Assembly: GCA_030679995.1 (NCBI GenBank)
Contig: JAUXSK010000009.1
Span: 1-52,560, forward strand
DNA: 52,560 nucleotides
Reading direction: 5' to 3'
Source: Candidatus Moraniibacteriota bacterium
Lineage (GTDB): Bacteria; Patescibacteriota; Minisyncoccia; Moranbacterales; UBA2206
Under the pieces are notes generated by a model. The model ran no database searches. It had not been told where the DNA came from and worked only from the letters and a program-made list of their open reading frames with translations. Below are positions 1-8,276 of the stretch, one piece after another. Positions within the stretch are counted from its first letter, which is position 1; each line of letters opens with the position of its first letter. The position numbers and the translations under genes were made by a program.

Positions 1-139
1 TGCCCGCCAAAGGCGGGAAATCCTAAATTCTAAATCTCAAATTTCAAATAAATCTAAAATATAAAATTACAAATTTCAAACCGTTTTGAATTTAAAATTT
101 TGGATTTATTTGGAATTTGTAATTTTATATTTTAGATTT
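1..139. repeat. AT-rich palindromic repeat element
   Basis: GC hairpin cccgcc-aaa-ggcggg at 3-17. This is followed by a 26-bp perfect inverted repeat, aaatctaaaatataaaattacaaatt at 50-75 against its reverse complement at 114-139. The 38-nt spacer contains a smaller ttcaaa/tttgaa hairpin. Confidence 0.8.
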
Positions 140-574
140 CAATTCTCGTTTGATATTTCTTTCGACTTCTCTTTTGCTTATATCGGCTCGTTTATCAAAC
201 TTCTTCTTTCCTTTGCCTAAGCCAAATTCAAGCTTCAATAGTCGTTTCCTAGTATACACTCGAATCGGCACTAATGTCAAGCCTTGAATCCGCACTTTAC
301 CCGTTAAATGCTTGATTTCCGACCTGTGCATCAACAGTTTTCTTGGCTGGGTCGGATCGTAGTTTTTTACCCCGCCGGCCTGCTTGTAGGGCGTGATATG
401 GGCATTGGTTAGAAAAAGTTCGGAACCTCTGATAGTGACGAAGCTTTCCTTGAGGCTGATATGGCCCATTTTGACGGATTTAACTTCCGGTCCTGACAAA
501 ACCAAACCCGCCTCGTATTTGTCCGAGATCTCATAATCGAAATTGGCGCGTTTGTTGAAAGCCAGAGTTGCCAT
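125..574 (-). CDS. smpB: SsrA-binding protein SmpB
   Basis: 149 aa. The N-terminus (NKRANFDYEI...YEAGLVLSGPEVKS) and the basic C-terminal tail are typical of SmpB. Confidence 0.9.
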   Translation of the reverse strand: MATLAFNKRANFDYEISDKYEAGLVLSGPEVKSVKMGHISLKESFVTIRGSELFLTNAHITPYKQAGGVKNYDPTQPRKLLMHRSEIKHLTGKVRIQGLTLVPIRVYTRKRLLKLEFGLGKGKKKFDKRADISKREVERNIKRELKSKI

Positions 575-608
575 ATTGATAGCTTATCATCTTAATGCGG
601 GATAGTAC

Positions 609-641
609 AAGGGTTATTTCGGTGAAAACCCTTTATTTTTT
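609..641 (+). promoter_or_regulatory. Terminator-like hairpin plus U-run in the argS 5' leader (possible attenuator)
   Basis: Stem aagggtt (609-615) / aaccctt (627-633), followed by tatttttt. It is oriented on the + strand, 28 nt upstream of the argS ATG, in the divergent smpB/argS spacer. Confidence 0.4.
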
Positions 642-668
642 CCTGTTTCTGCGGTAGGATGGAAATAT

Positions 669-2282
669 ATGAGAAAAGAACTGGAAAAAATCATCCAAAA
701 GGCGGTAAAAGATTTGTTCGGGCTGGAGCAGGTCGGTTTTGCGGTGGATTATCCTAAAGACGAGAAATTCGGGGATTACGCGACCAATGTGGCCTTGGTT
801 TTGGCGAAGAAGGTCGGGAAGGGTCCGATGGAAATCGCAGATCAGATTAAAAGTCAAATATTAAATATCAAATACCCGGAATTTGGTAAGATTGAAGTGG
901 TTGCGCCGGGGTATATTAATTTCTATTTATCGGGAAAATTTTTACAGGACGAGGTGGCGGAGATAAATAAAGAGATAGATGATTTTGGAAAAAGCGAAAT
1001 CGGCAAAGGCATCACGATAAACAATGAATTTATTTCAGCTAATCCGACCGGACCGCTGACAGTAGGGAATGGTCGCGGAGGCTTTTGCGGGGATGCGATT
1101 TCACGCGTGTTGCGCAAGGCCGGTTTTGTGGTGACGAATGAATATTATATCAATGATGCGGGCGGCCAGGTGGTGAAATTGGGCCACAGTGTCTTGAAAG
1201 ACGAAGAAGCGGCGTATTCCGGGGAATATATTGATGGATTGAATAAAAAATACGGGCATTTGGCTGACGTGCGGGAAATCGGGCAATTGGCGGCGAAAGA
1301 AGTTTTGGAAAACATAATCCAAAAAACAGTGAAGGAAAAAATGCGGATTTCTTTCGATGAATGGATGAGCGAAAAGAAGATCCAGGATGAAGGTTTCGTG
1401 GAACGGGCAATTGAAATTTTGAAAAACAAAAATTTGGCATATGAATCCGAGGGCGCGTTGTGGCTCAAGACCACTGAATTCGGTGATGACAAAGATCGCG
1501 TACTGATAAAGACCGACGGGCAGAAATCCTATTTTGCCGGCGATTGCGGGTATATGTTGAACAAGATCGAGCGGGGATTCGGGCGTCTGATCATCGGTTT
1601 GGGAGCGGACCACCACGGTTATGTGGCGCGGTTGCGCGCCGCAGCCAAAGCCTTGGGTTTCGCAGGGGATTTCCGTTTCATTATTTCCCAATTGGTGCGG
1701 ATCACCAAAGACGGCAAAGAGGCCAGGATGTCCAAGCGGGCCGGCAATGTGGTGGAAATCGATGAATTGATCGAAAGGGTCGGACACGATGTGACGCGCT
1801 TTTTTTTCCTGATGTATTCGCCGGACACGCATATGAACTTCGATCTGGGCTTGGCCGAAGAGAGATCACAAAAAAACCCGGTTTTCTATGTGCAATACGC
1901 GCACGCCAGAATTTGTAGTATACTTGGGAAATTCGAAGCCCTAAATCCAAATTCCAATCCGCCGGCTGGCGGATCAAAATCGGAAATTCAAAGTTTAAAA
2001 CTTTCATTATTGACTCATGAAAAGGAATTAAGCTTGATGCGGGAGCTGGATAAATTCCCGGAACTGGTGGAAGAGTTGGCGCAAAGTTATGAAGTGCATA
2101 AATTACCATACTACGCTATCAAATTGGCGGATAAATTCCATTCGTTCTATAATGAATGCAAGGTGATCGACGAAGGGAATTCGGATTTGACAAAAGCCAG
2201 AATTAGCCTTATAACGGCAGTGAAAATCGTTCTGGCTGAAACTCTGGATCTGATCGGGGTGGATGCGCCGGAAAAGATGTAA
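669..2282 (+). CDS. argS: Arginine--tRNA ligase
   Basis: 537 aa. Contains ANPTGPLTVGNGRGG (HIGH-region equivalent), an MSKRAGN motif, and the ArgRS-type C-terminal anticodon-binding domain ending ...APEKM. Confidence 0.93.
   Translation: MRKELEKIIQKAVKDLFGLEQVGFAVDYPKDEKFGDYATNVALVLAKKVGKGPMEIADQIKSQILNIKYPEFGKIEVVAPGYINFYLSGKFLQDEVAEINKEIDDFGKSEIGKGITINNEFISANPTGPLTVGNGRGGFCGDAISRVLRKAGFVVTNEYYINDAGGQVVKLGHSVLKDEEAAYSGEYIDGLNKKYGHLADVREIGQLAAKEVLENIIQKTVKEKMRISFDEWMSEKKIQDEGFVERAIEILKNKNLAYESEGALWLKTTEFGDDKDRVLIKTDGQKSYFAGDCGYMLNKIERGFGRLIIGLGADHHGYVARLRAAAKALGFAGDFRFIISQLVRITKDGKEARMSKRAGNVVEIDELIERVGHDVTRFFFLMYSPDTHMNFDLGLAEERSQKNPVFYVQYAHARICSILGKFEALNPNSNPPAGGSKSEIQSLKLSLLTHEKELSLMRELDKFPELVEELAQSYEVHKLPYYAIKLADKFHSFYNECKVIDEGNSDLTKARISLITAVKIVLAETLDLIGVDAPEKM
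1927..1993 (+). repeat. In-frame repeat-like segment inside argS
   Basis: ggaaattcgaag (1927-1938) and ggaaattcaaag (1982-1993) flank aaatccaaattcc plus a GC hairpin, atccgcc-ggct-ggcggat (1957-1974). The segment is translated as ...NPNSNPPAGGSKSEIQS.... Confidence 0.6.
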
Positions 2283-2331
2283 TTAAAGTACGCACATAGG
2301 ACTTATGAGACCTATCGTGCCCAATAAATAT

Positions 2332-3495
2332 ATGAGAATAGGTATTGACGCGCGGACAATTTTGAACCCGGACAAGGGCGAGGCGATCGGCGTGGGCCAC
2401 TATACCTACCAGTTGATCCGCCATCTCCTGGAAATCGACCAAGAAAACGAGTATGTCCTGTTTTTCGATTACCGCGTCCGCGAAAAGGATGTAAAAAAGT
2501 TTTCCAAACCGAACGTAAAAATAAAATTCTATCCGTTTTCCGATTACAAGAAATTTTTGCCGGGCGCGTACAACGAGATTTTGGGTACGGCGACTTTGGT
2601 AAAAGAAGATTTGGATGTGATCCATACGACTTCGCCGTTGAGCCGGATTCCGGTAAGTTATCGTGGCAAGACGATCGTGACTGTGAACAATATGGCGGCC
2701 CACAAGGTTCCGGATGTCTTCCCTCGGTTGTCGGTGGCGAAAAACAAGATAGATTTGAGCCTGATGGCAGGGAAAGCGGATAAGATCATCGCCGTTTCGG
2801 AATCGGTCAAAAAGGATCTGCAGGACATCCTGGAGTGTCCGGCTGGAAAGATAGAGGTTATATATAGCGGTTTTGATAAGAGGTTTTCTGATAAATCGGC
2901 GGATACGCGGGAGGCGGTTTTGGATAAATATGGTATCAAAAATGACAGATATATGCTGTTTTTGGGAACCATTGAGCCGGCCAAAAATATCGCGAGGCTT
3001 TTTGAGGCTTTCAATATATTCAAACAGGATTATAAGAATCGGGGGGCTAATTTTGAATATAAACTGGTGATGGCCGGCAAGAACGGCTGGCTGGCGGAAG
3101 AATATAAACAGATGGCGCAGGATTTGGGTATTGGCAAGGATGTGATTTTCACCGGCTATATCATCGGTGATGAGATCGTTTCGCTTTTTTCGCAAGCTGA
3201 TTTTTTCGTGATGCCGTCGCTCTATGAAGGATTTGGCACGACCGTCTTGGAGGCTTTCGCGACCGGTACACCGGCGATCGTTTCCGGTGTTTCTTCTATT
3301 CCGGAAATCGCCGGCGATGCGGCGGAATTCGTGAATCCTTTGGATGCGCAGGATATCGCGAGGGCGATGCTGAAATTGGCGGAAGATGAAAATTTGAAAC
3401 AATCTTTGCGCGAGAAAGGTAGGAAACAGGTGGAAAAATTCAATTGGGAAAAGTGCGCGCGCGAAACCCTGGAAGTTTACAAAAGTTTTTCTTAG
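2332..3495 (+). CDS. Glycosyltransferase, family 4 (GT-B fold)
   Basis: EGFGTTVLEAFATGTPAIVS motif. The start is moved to MRIGIDART (2332), the usual GT4 N-terminus. The ORF itself opens at 2305. Confidence 0.8.
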   Translation: MRIGIDARTILNPDKGEAIGVGHYTYQLIRHLLEIDQENEYVLFFDYRVREKDVKKFSKPNVKIKFYPFSDYKKFLPGAYNEILGTATLVKEDLDVIHTTSPLSRIPVSYRGKTIVTVNNMAAHKVPDVFPRLSVAKNKIDLSLMAGKADKIIAVSESVKKDLQDILECPAGKIEVIYSGFDKRFSDKSADTREAVLDKYGIKNDRYMLFLGTIEPAKNIARLFEAFNIFKQDYKNRGANFEYKLVMAGKNGWLAEEYKQMAQDLGIGKDVIFTGYIIGDEIVSLFSQADFFVMPSLYEGFGTTVLEAFATGTPAIVSGVSSIPEIAGDAAEFVNPLDAQDIARAMLKLAEDENLKQSLREKGRKQVEKFNWEKCARETLEVYKSFS

Positions 3496-3531
3496 AACGG
3501 TTTATCATAAGCTTTAGGCGAAAAAAAGTTT

Positions 3532-3569
3532 AAAAAGGCTTTGTTTTAGTTAAAAACAAAGCCTTTTTT
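3532..3569. terminator. Bidirectional intrinsic terminator
   Basis: Perfect hairpin aaaaaggctttgtttt / aaaacaaagccttttt, flanked by an A-run and a T-run. Confidence 0.8.
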
Positions 3570-3578
3570 ACTTTGCTA

Positions 3579-3607
3579 TTGTCAAATTTATTATTTTATG
3601 TTATAAA
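3579..3607 (+). promoter_or_regulatory. Predicted sigma70-type promoter
   Basis: TTGTCA (3579-3584), 17-nt spacer, TATAAA (3602-3607), with an extended -10 TG at 3599-3600. Consensus match only. Confidence 0.45.
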
Positions 3608-3694
3608 GACCAATCAGATACGGATGGTTTTTTAAAAATTCAAACAGAGATAGTTATCTCGATTTATCAACTAATAACCCCTGGAGGAGAAGGT

Positions 3695-4921
3695 ATGCGG
3701 ATAAATAGATCGAAAAAAGCAGAAGTCATATATCGTGAAGTTTTTCGTATTGTCGATGCTATGGAGGCGGAGATGGTGAGGAAGGAAAATGAAAAAATAT
3801 TTTTGCGTTTATGGAAAATATTCCATAAAAAACCGGAGGCTTTCGCACGCAAAATAATCGACTTTCTGGAAGTGGCTGCTGGTGATTCCGAAGAAACATT
3901 GGCGGAATCAAAAGATTTTATTCAGGAATTCTATGAATGGATGATGGAAATGTTGGGTGATGACTATGGAACGTCCGTCGAAATGATACGTAGGTTCCGT
4001 TTGTTTTCCGAGGTGGAATGCCTGTGGCAAATTATTTGCTGTAACAGGCGGCTTATCTCAGAGAAGCAATTCACTAAATTACTGGCTCGCAGAAAGTCCA
4101 TATTATTATTTTCTGAGGTCAGGCCGAATAAGGCGCTGGCGGAGAAAATAAAAAGCCTCCAGGAAGAATGGAGGCAGGCCAGAATCGCTTATGTTGAGGA
4201 AAAGCGATCTACGGCTGAAATAAAGAAAAGTTCGATGGAAATTGTTAGCGTCCCAATCGAAACAGGACGCAGGAAAGTATTTAAGGAAAAAGAGCCGCAT
4301 CATTCGGGGAAGGAGAGATTAAGAAGTGGGATTAATGAGCTTCTTGGAGGCAAGTTTGTTTCAGGAGTTTGGATGCTCTCCAAAACCGAACTTTCTAATT
4401 TGAAAAAAACCATTTCATTGTTAGGCGTTGGAGTTGCGGAAAGGTTGTTGATGACTAAAAAGCACCTAGCAAACAATTCTCCTTTTATGGATGCGATTAA
4501 TTCTGATGATGACGGGCTAGGACGTCTCATTTTGGACAGGAATGGGGGTTCAGCAAAAATAAAACCTGTTTCTCAATTTGATCCAGGCGAGGCAGATATT
4601 TTTTCTTTTCCTTCAGATACGTCAGTTGTCATCGTGGGAGGATGTCGAATTAAAAAATGGCAACTTCTCTCCCAAATTATTATGCGGATGGGGGCTAGAG
4701 ATTGCCAGTTTGTTTTCTCTGAAAATTTAGAGAAAATCGGTCGGATAACTGAAGATAAGCTGATAATATTTTTGGCCAACATAAATTCGCACAAAGCAGG
4801 GAATAGGCTTTGCGGGAGAAAAAAAAATTTGCTGAGAATTTATTCCAGCAATGCATCTACCTTCGGAGAAGTCGTGGCCAGAGAATATCTTGCTGCCAAA
4901 ATATCCGGCAGGATAACATAG
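3695..4921 (+). CDS. Hypothetical protein with a C-terminal DUF2325-like region
   Basis: 408 aa with a strong SD (ggaggag) 7 nt upstream. The C-terminal pattern VVIVGG...LIIFLANINSHKAGN...LLRIYSSNASTF resembles DUF2325, judged from memory only. The N-terminal ~300 aa are helical and unrecognised. Confidence 0.6.
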   Translation: MRINRSKKAEVIYREVFRIVDAMEAEMVRKENEKIFLRLWKIFHKKPEAFARKIIDFLEVAAGDSEETLAESKDFIQEFYEWMMEMLGDDYGTSVEMIRRFRLFSEVECLWQIICCNRRLISEKQFTKLLARRKSILLFSEVRPNKALAEKIKSLQEEWRQARIAYVEEKRSTAEIKKSSMEIVSVPIETGRRKVFKEKEPHHSGKERLRSGINELLGGKFVSGVWMLSKTELSNLKKTISLLGVGVAERLLMTKKHLANNSPFMDAINSDDDGLGRLILDRNGGSAKIKPVSQFDPGEADIFSFPSDTSVVIVGGCRIKKWQLLSQIIMRMGARDCQFVFSENLEKIGRITEDKLIIFLANINSHKAGNRLCGRKKNLLRIYSSNASTFGEVVAREYLAAKISGRIT

Positions 4922-4933
4922 GCCGATAAGCCT

Positions 4934-4971
4934 AAACCGCCTGGAACATAGTTATGTTCCAGGCGGTTTTT
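4934..4971 (+). terminator. Intrinsic terminator
   Basis: Perfect 17-bp stem aaaccgcctggaacata / tatgttccaggcggttt, followed by a T-run. Confidence 0.85.
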
Positions 4972-4973
4972 AA

Positions 4974-5002
4974 TTGACTAAAGAGGTTTTTATTGTTAGG
5001 AT
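4974..5002 (+). promoter_or_regulatory. Predicted promoter of the ileS leader
   Basis: TTGACT (4974-4979), 17-nt spacer, TAGGAT (4997-5002), with TG at 4994-4995. Confidence 0.45.
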
Positions 5003-5008
5003 TGGATT

Positions 5009-5231
5009 GGGAAGTTTTTAAAAGCCTTTAGATGAAATTATCAGTTTCAGATCTCTTTTTTAAGAGAAGGTTGCGGGAAGAAATTTAGCTTTTTTCAAGG
5101 CTAAAAAGTAGAACCCGCCGGGTCTGCCCGTAACAGCTGGGAATTAAGTCCTGAGTGATCGGGAGAACTAAGGTGGTACCACGGCAATCGTCGTCCTTAT
5201 GCATTTTTTGCGTAAGGATTTTTTGTTTTTT
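5009..5231 (+). promoter_or_regulatory. T-box riboswitch leader (Ile) with intrinsic terminator
   Basis: T-box sequence aactaAGGTGGTACCaCGG at 5166-5184. Terminator tccttatgca / tgcgtaagga at 5194-5218 followed by a U-run. An alternative aagg/cctt pairing would form the antiterminator. S-turn-like AGUAGAA lies at 5107-5113 within stem gcggg (5073-5077) / cccgc (5114-5118). Confidence 0.8.
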
Positions 5232-5265
5232 TAGGATGCAATTTAAATAATTATAAAATAAAGAT

Positions 5266-8200
5266 ATGTTTAAAAAAGTAGATCCAAAGTTGACCTTTCC
5301 TCAGATGGAAGAAGAAATTTTGAAGTTTTGGGAGGAGCAGCAGATTTTTGAAAAGTCCTTGGAAAAAACCAAGGACAAGCCAGCGTACGCTTTCTATGAC
5401 GGGCCGCCTTTTGCGACGGGAACTCCGCATTATGGCCACATCGTGGGCAGCGTGATGAAAGATGTGGTGCCGCGGTATTGGACGATGCGCGGGCGTTATG
5501 TCGAGCGCAAGTGGGGCTGGGATTGCCATGGCTTGCCGATTGAGAACATCGTGGAAAAAGAACTGGGCTCGAAAAAGAAAAAAGACATCGAAGAAATGGG
5601 CGTGGAAAAATTCAATGGGCTGTGCCGGAGCAAGGTTTTGGGATATGTGGATGAGTGGAAGAAAGTGATCACCAGACTCGGCCGTTGGGCGGATATGGAA
5701 AACGCCTACAAGACGATGGATTTGCCGTATATGGAATCGGTTTGGAATGTTTTCAAACAGTTGTGGGATAAAAGTTTGATTTATGAAGGCTACCGCTCGA
5801 TGCATATTTGCACGCGCTGTGAAACGACTTTGTCACAGCAGGAGGTTTCGGAAGGGTATAAAGATATCAAAGATTTGTCAGCGATCGCGAAATTTGAACT
5901 GGTGGATGAACCGGGGACTTTCGTTCTGGCTTGGACGACGACACCGTGGACTTTGATTGGGAATGTGGCGTTGGCGGTTGGGAAGAATGTTAAATATACA
6001 AAAGTGAGAGTGTATGCTGACAAGAGAAATGAAAAGGGTAAGCCAATTTATGAAAACATTATAGTTGCTAAAGATATCTATGAAAAATGGAAAACTGAAT
6101 TTTATAAAGATGGTGTTAATCAAATAGGAGTAAAATTATTTGGATTGAAGGATTTTTCGTCAGTAAAAGGAGAGCCTATGGTAATTAATGAAAATGAGAT
6201 TATTGACGAGATGGAAGGAAATGCTTTGGTTGGTAAAAAATATAAACCATTATTTGACTATTACCAAAACAAAGGTTTGCAAAACGAGGAGAACGGTTGG
6301 AAAATTTATGCCGGGGATTTCGTGACGACGGAAGATGGGACGGGCGTGGTGCATATCGCGCCGGCGTTTGGAGAGGATGATTTGAAATTGGGACAAAAAG
6401 AAAAGTTGCCGTTTGTGCAACACGTCGGATTGGACGGCGTGATTAAAAAAGAAGCCGGAGAATTCGCCGGACTTTCAGTTAAGCCGATGACCGGAGAAAA
6501 AGACAGTCATCAAAAAACCGATATCGAAATCATCAAATATTTGGCGCACAATAATCTTCTTTTTTCCAAGGAAAAATATGAACATAGTTATCCGCATTGT
6601 TGGAGGTGTGATACGCCGCTTATCAATTACGCGACAAGCTCCTGGTTTGTGGCGGTGGAAAAAGTGAAAGAGGAGGCGCTGGAATTGGCCAAGGAAATAA
6701 ATTGGACCCCGAAGCATATGAAAGAAGGGCGGTTCGGAAATTGGCTGGAAGGAGCGCGCGACTGGTCGATTTCAAGGCAAAGGTTTTGGGCGAGCGTGAT
6801 GCCGATTTGGGTTTGCGATCAATGCGGAGAAGTTAGGGTGTTTGGGGGCGTTGGGGAGTTGGAAGAAATTTCCGGAGAAAAAATTACCGACATCCACAAG
6901 CATATCGTAGACAAGATCACTTTCGAATGTGAAAAGTGCGATGGGAAAATGAAGCGGGTGCCGGATGTTTTGGATACTTGGTTTGACAGCGGATCGATGC
7001 CGTACGCCCAGTTGCATTATCCTTTCGAAAACCAGGAAAAATTCGAAGCCAATTTTCCGGCGGATTTCATCGCGGAAGGACAGGACCAGACCCGCGCTTG
7101 GTTTTATTATTTGCATATTCTGGGAACGGCTTTGCAAAGCAAACCGGCTTTCAAAAATGTGATCGTCAATGGGATCGTTTTGGCGGAGGATGGGAAAAAG
7201 ATGGCCAAGCGGCTTAAAAACTATCCTGATCCTTCGATGATGTTCGACAAATACGGCGCGGACGCGATGCGGATGTATCTGATGAGTTCGCCGGTGGTGG
7301 CGTCCGAAAATCTGAATTTCAAAGAAGCGGACGTGGCGGACTTTATGCGCGGGATGTTCCGGATGCTATGGAATTCGTATTCTTTTTTCGTACTCTATGC
7401 CGATATCGACGGTTGGAAGCCGGCTGGATTCAAAAAACCGGCCGGACTTTTGGATAAATGGATCGTGTCGGAACTCAATGTCCTGATCGGGGAATACAAC
7501 AAACATATGGAAGCGTACGAATTGAACTATGCGGCGCGCCTGTTCCCAAAATTCATCGATAATCTGTCTAACTGGTACATCCGTCGCTCCCGCAAGCGAT
7601 TCTGGAAATCAGAAGATGATGGCGACAAAGCGGAAGCCTATCAAACTTTGCACTATGTCTTGGTCGAGTTGTCCAAATTAATGGCGCCTTTCGCGCCGTT
7701 TATGGCGGAAGAGATTTTCAAAAATCTGACCGGCAAGGAATCGGTGCATTTGGAGGATATGCCGGTGGCGGACGGATCGATAATCGACAACCAGGCTAAT
7801 GAGGAAATGGCTTTGGCTAGGGCATTTGTGAATACTGGCTTGAAATTGCGGGCGGAGGCCGGAATAAAGGTCAGACAGCCGTTGTATAAATTATATATCG
7901 ACAAAGAAATCAATGCCGAGCTCAAGAATATAATCAAGGAAGAAGTCAATGTCAGAGAGATCATAGTTGATCCGGCAATCGAGGCAGTTAGGATTGATAC
8001 GACAATCGATGAAGAATTGAAACTTGAAGGCCAGGCCCGCGAGATCATCCGGTTTATCCAGGAAATGCGCAAAGAGGCGGGCTATGAGGTTGACAACCGC
8101 ATCAAAATATGCTATGCTGGCAAGTCAGCCGTGTTCGAAAAATTCGGACCGCTTATTACCAAAGAAACTTTGGCGACTGAATTGCTGGCAGGGGATCTTG

Positions 8201-8271
8201 AAGATTTTGATTTGGAGAAAGAGATCAAGATTGGAGAGGATCAGATGCACATTAAAATAAAACGGGGGTAG
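5266..8271 (+). CDS. ileS: Isoleucine--tRNA ligase (type 2-like)
   Basis: 1001 aa. Contains PHYGH (HIGH), a KMAKR (KMSKS-like) motif, the WTTTPWTL editing-domain motif and a Zn-type CxxC...CxxC pair. Confidence 0.95.
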   Translation: MFKKVDPKLTFPQMEEEILKFWEEQQIFEKSLEKTKDKPAYAFYDGPPFATGTPHYGHIVGSVMKDVVPRYWTMRGRYVERKWGWDCHGLPIENIVEKELGSKKKKDIEEMGVEKFNGLCRSKVLGYVDEWKKVITRLGRWADMENAYKTMDLPYMESVWNVFKQLWDKSLIYEGYRSMHICTRCETTLSQQEVSEGYKDIKDLSAIAKFELVDEPGTFVLAWTTTPWTLIGNVALAVGKNVKYTKVRVYADKRNEKGKPIYENIIVAKDIYEKWKTEFYKDGVNQIGVKLFGLKDFSSVKGEPMVINENEIIDEMEGNALVGKKYKPLFDYYQNKGLQNEENGWKIYAGDFVTTEDGTGVVHIAPAFGEDDLKLGQKEKLPFVQHVGLDGVIKKEAGEFAGLSVKPMTGEKDSHQKTDIEIIKYLAHNNLLFSKEKYEHSYPHCWRCDTPLINYATSSWFVAVEKVKEEALELAKEINWTPKHMKEGRFGNWLEGARDWSISRQRFWASVMPIWVCDQCGEVRVFGGVGELEEISGEKITDIHKHIVDKITFECEKCDGKMKRVPDVLDTWFDSGSMPYAQLHYPFENQEKFEANFPADFIAEGQDQTRAWFYYLHILGTALQSKPAFKNVIVNGIVLAEDGKKMAKRLKNYPDPSMMFDKYGADAMRMYLMSSPVVASENLNFKEADVADFMRGMFRMLWNSYSFFVLYADIDGWKPAGFKKPAGLLDKWIVSELNVLIGEYNKHMEAYELNYAARLFPKFIDNLSNWYIRRSRKRFWKSEDDGDKAEAYQTLHYVLVELSKLMAPFAPFMAEEIFKNLTGKESVHLEDMPVADGSIIDNQANEEMALARAFVNTGLKLRAEAGIKVRQPLYKLYIDKEINAELKNIIKEEVNVREIIVDPAIEAVRIDTTIDEELKLEGQAREIIRFIQEMRKEAGYEVDNRIKICYAGKSAVFEKFGPLITKETLATELLAGDLEDFDLEKEIKIGEDQMHIKIKRG

Positions 8272-8276
8272 GCGGC

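Noticed and set aside
1101-1832. Long antisense ORFs opposite clearly homologous genes. Examples are 1101-1832, 2209-3402, 10043-10774, 17514-18641, 20597-21370, 26925-27530, 27837-28487, 36365-37015 and 46299-46925 (all on the - strand).
   Set aside because: Each lies entirely within a + strand gene that has strong family motifs. Their translations are R/H/F/I-rich low-complexity strings with no recognisable motifs. These are typical shadow ORFs.
1927-1993. The 12-nt direct repeats in argS read as a target-site duplication of a precise in-frame insertion.
   Set aside because: The repeats are offset by 55 nt, which is not a multiple of three. Simple excision of one repeat plus the interior would break the reading frame. 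The 12-mers may just be part of the low-complexity motif family.
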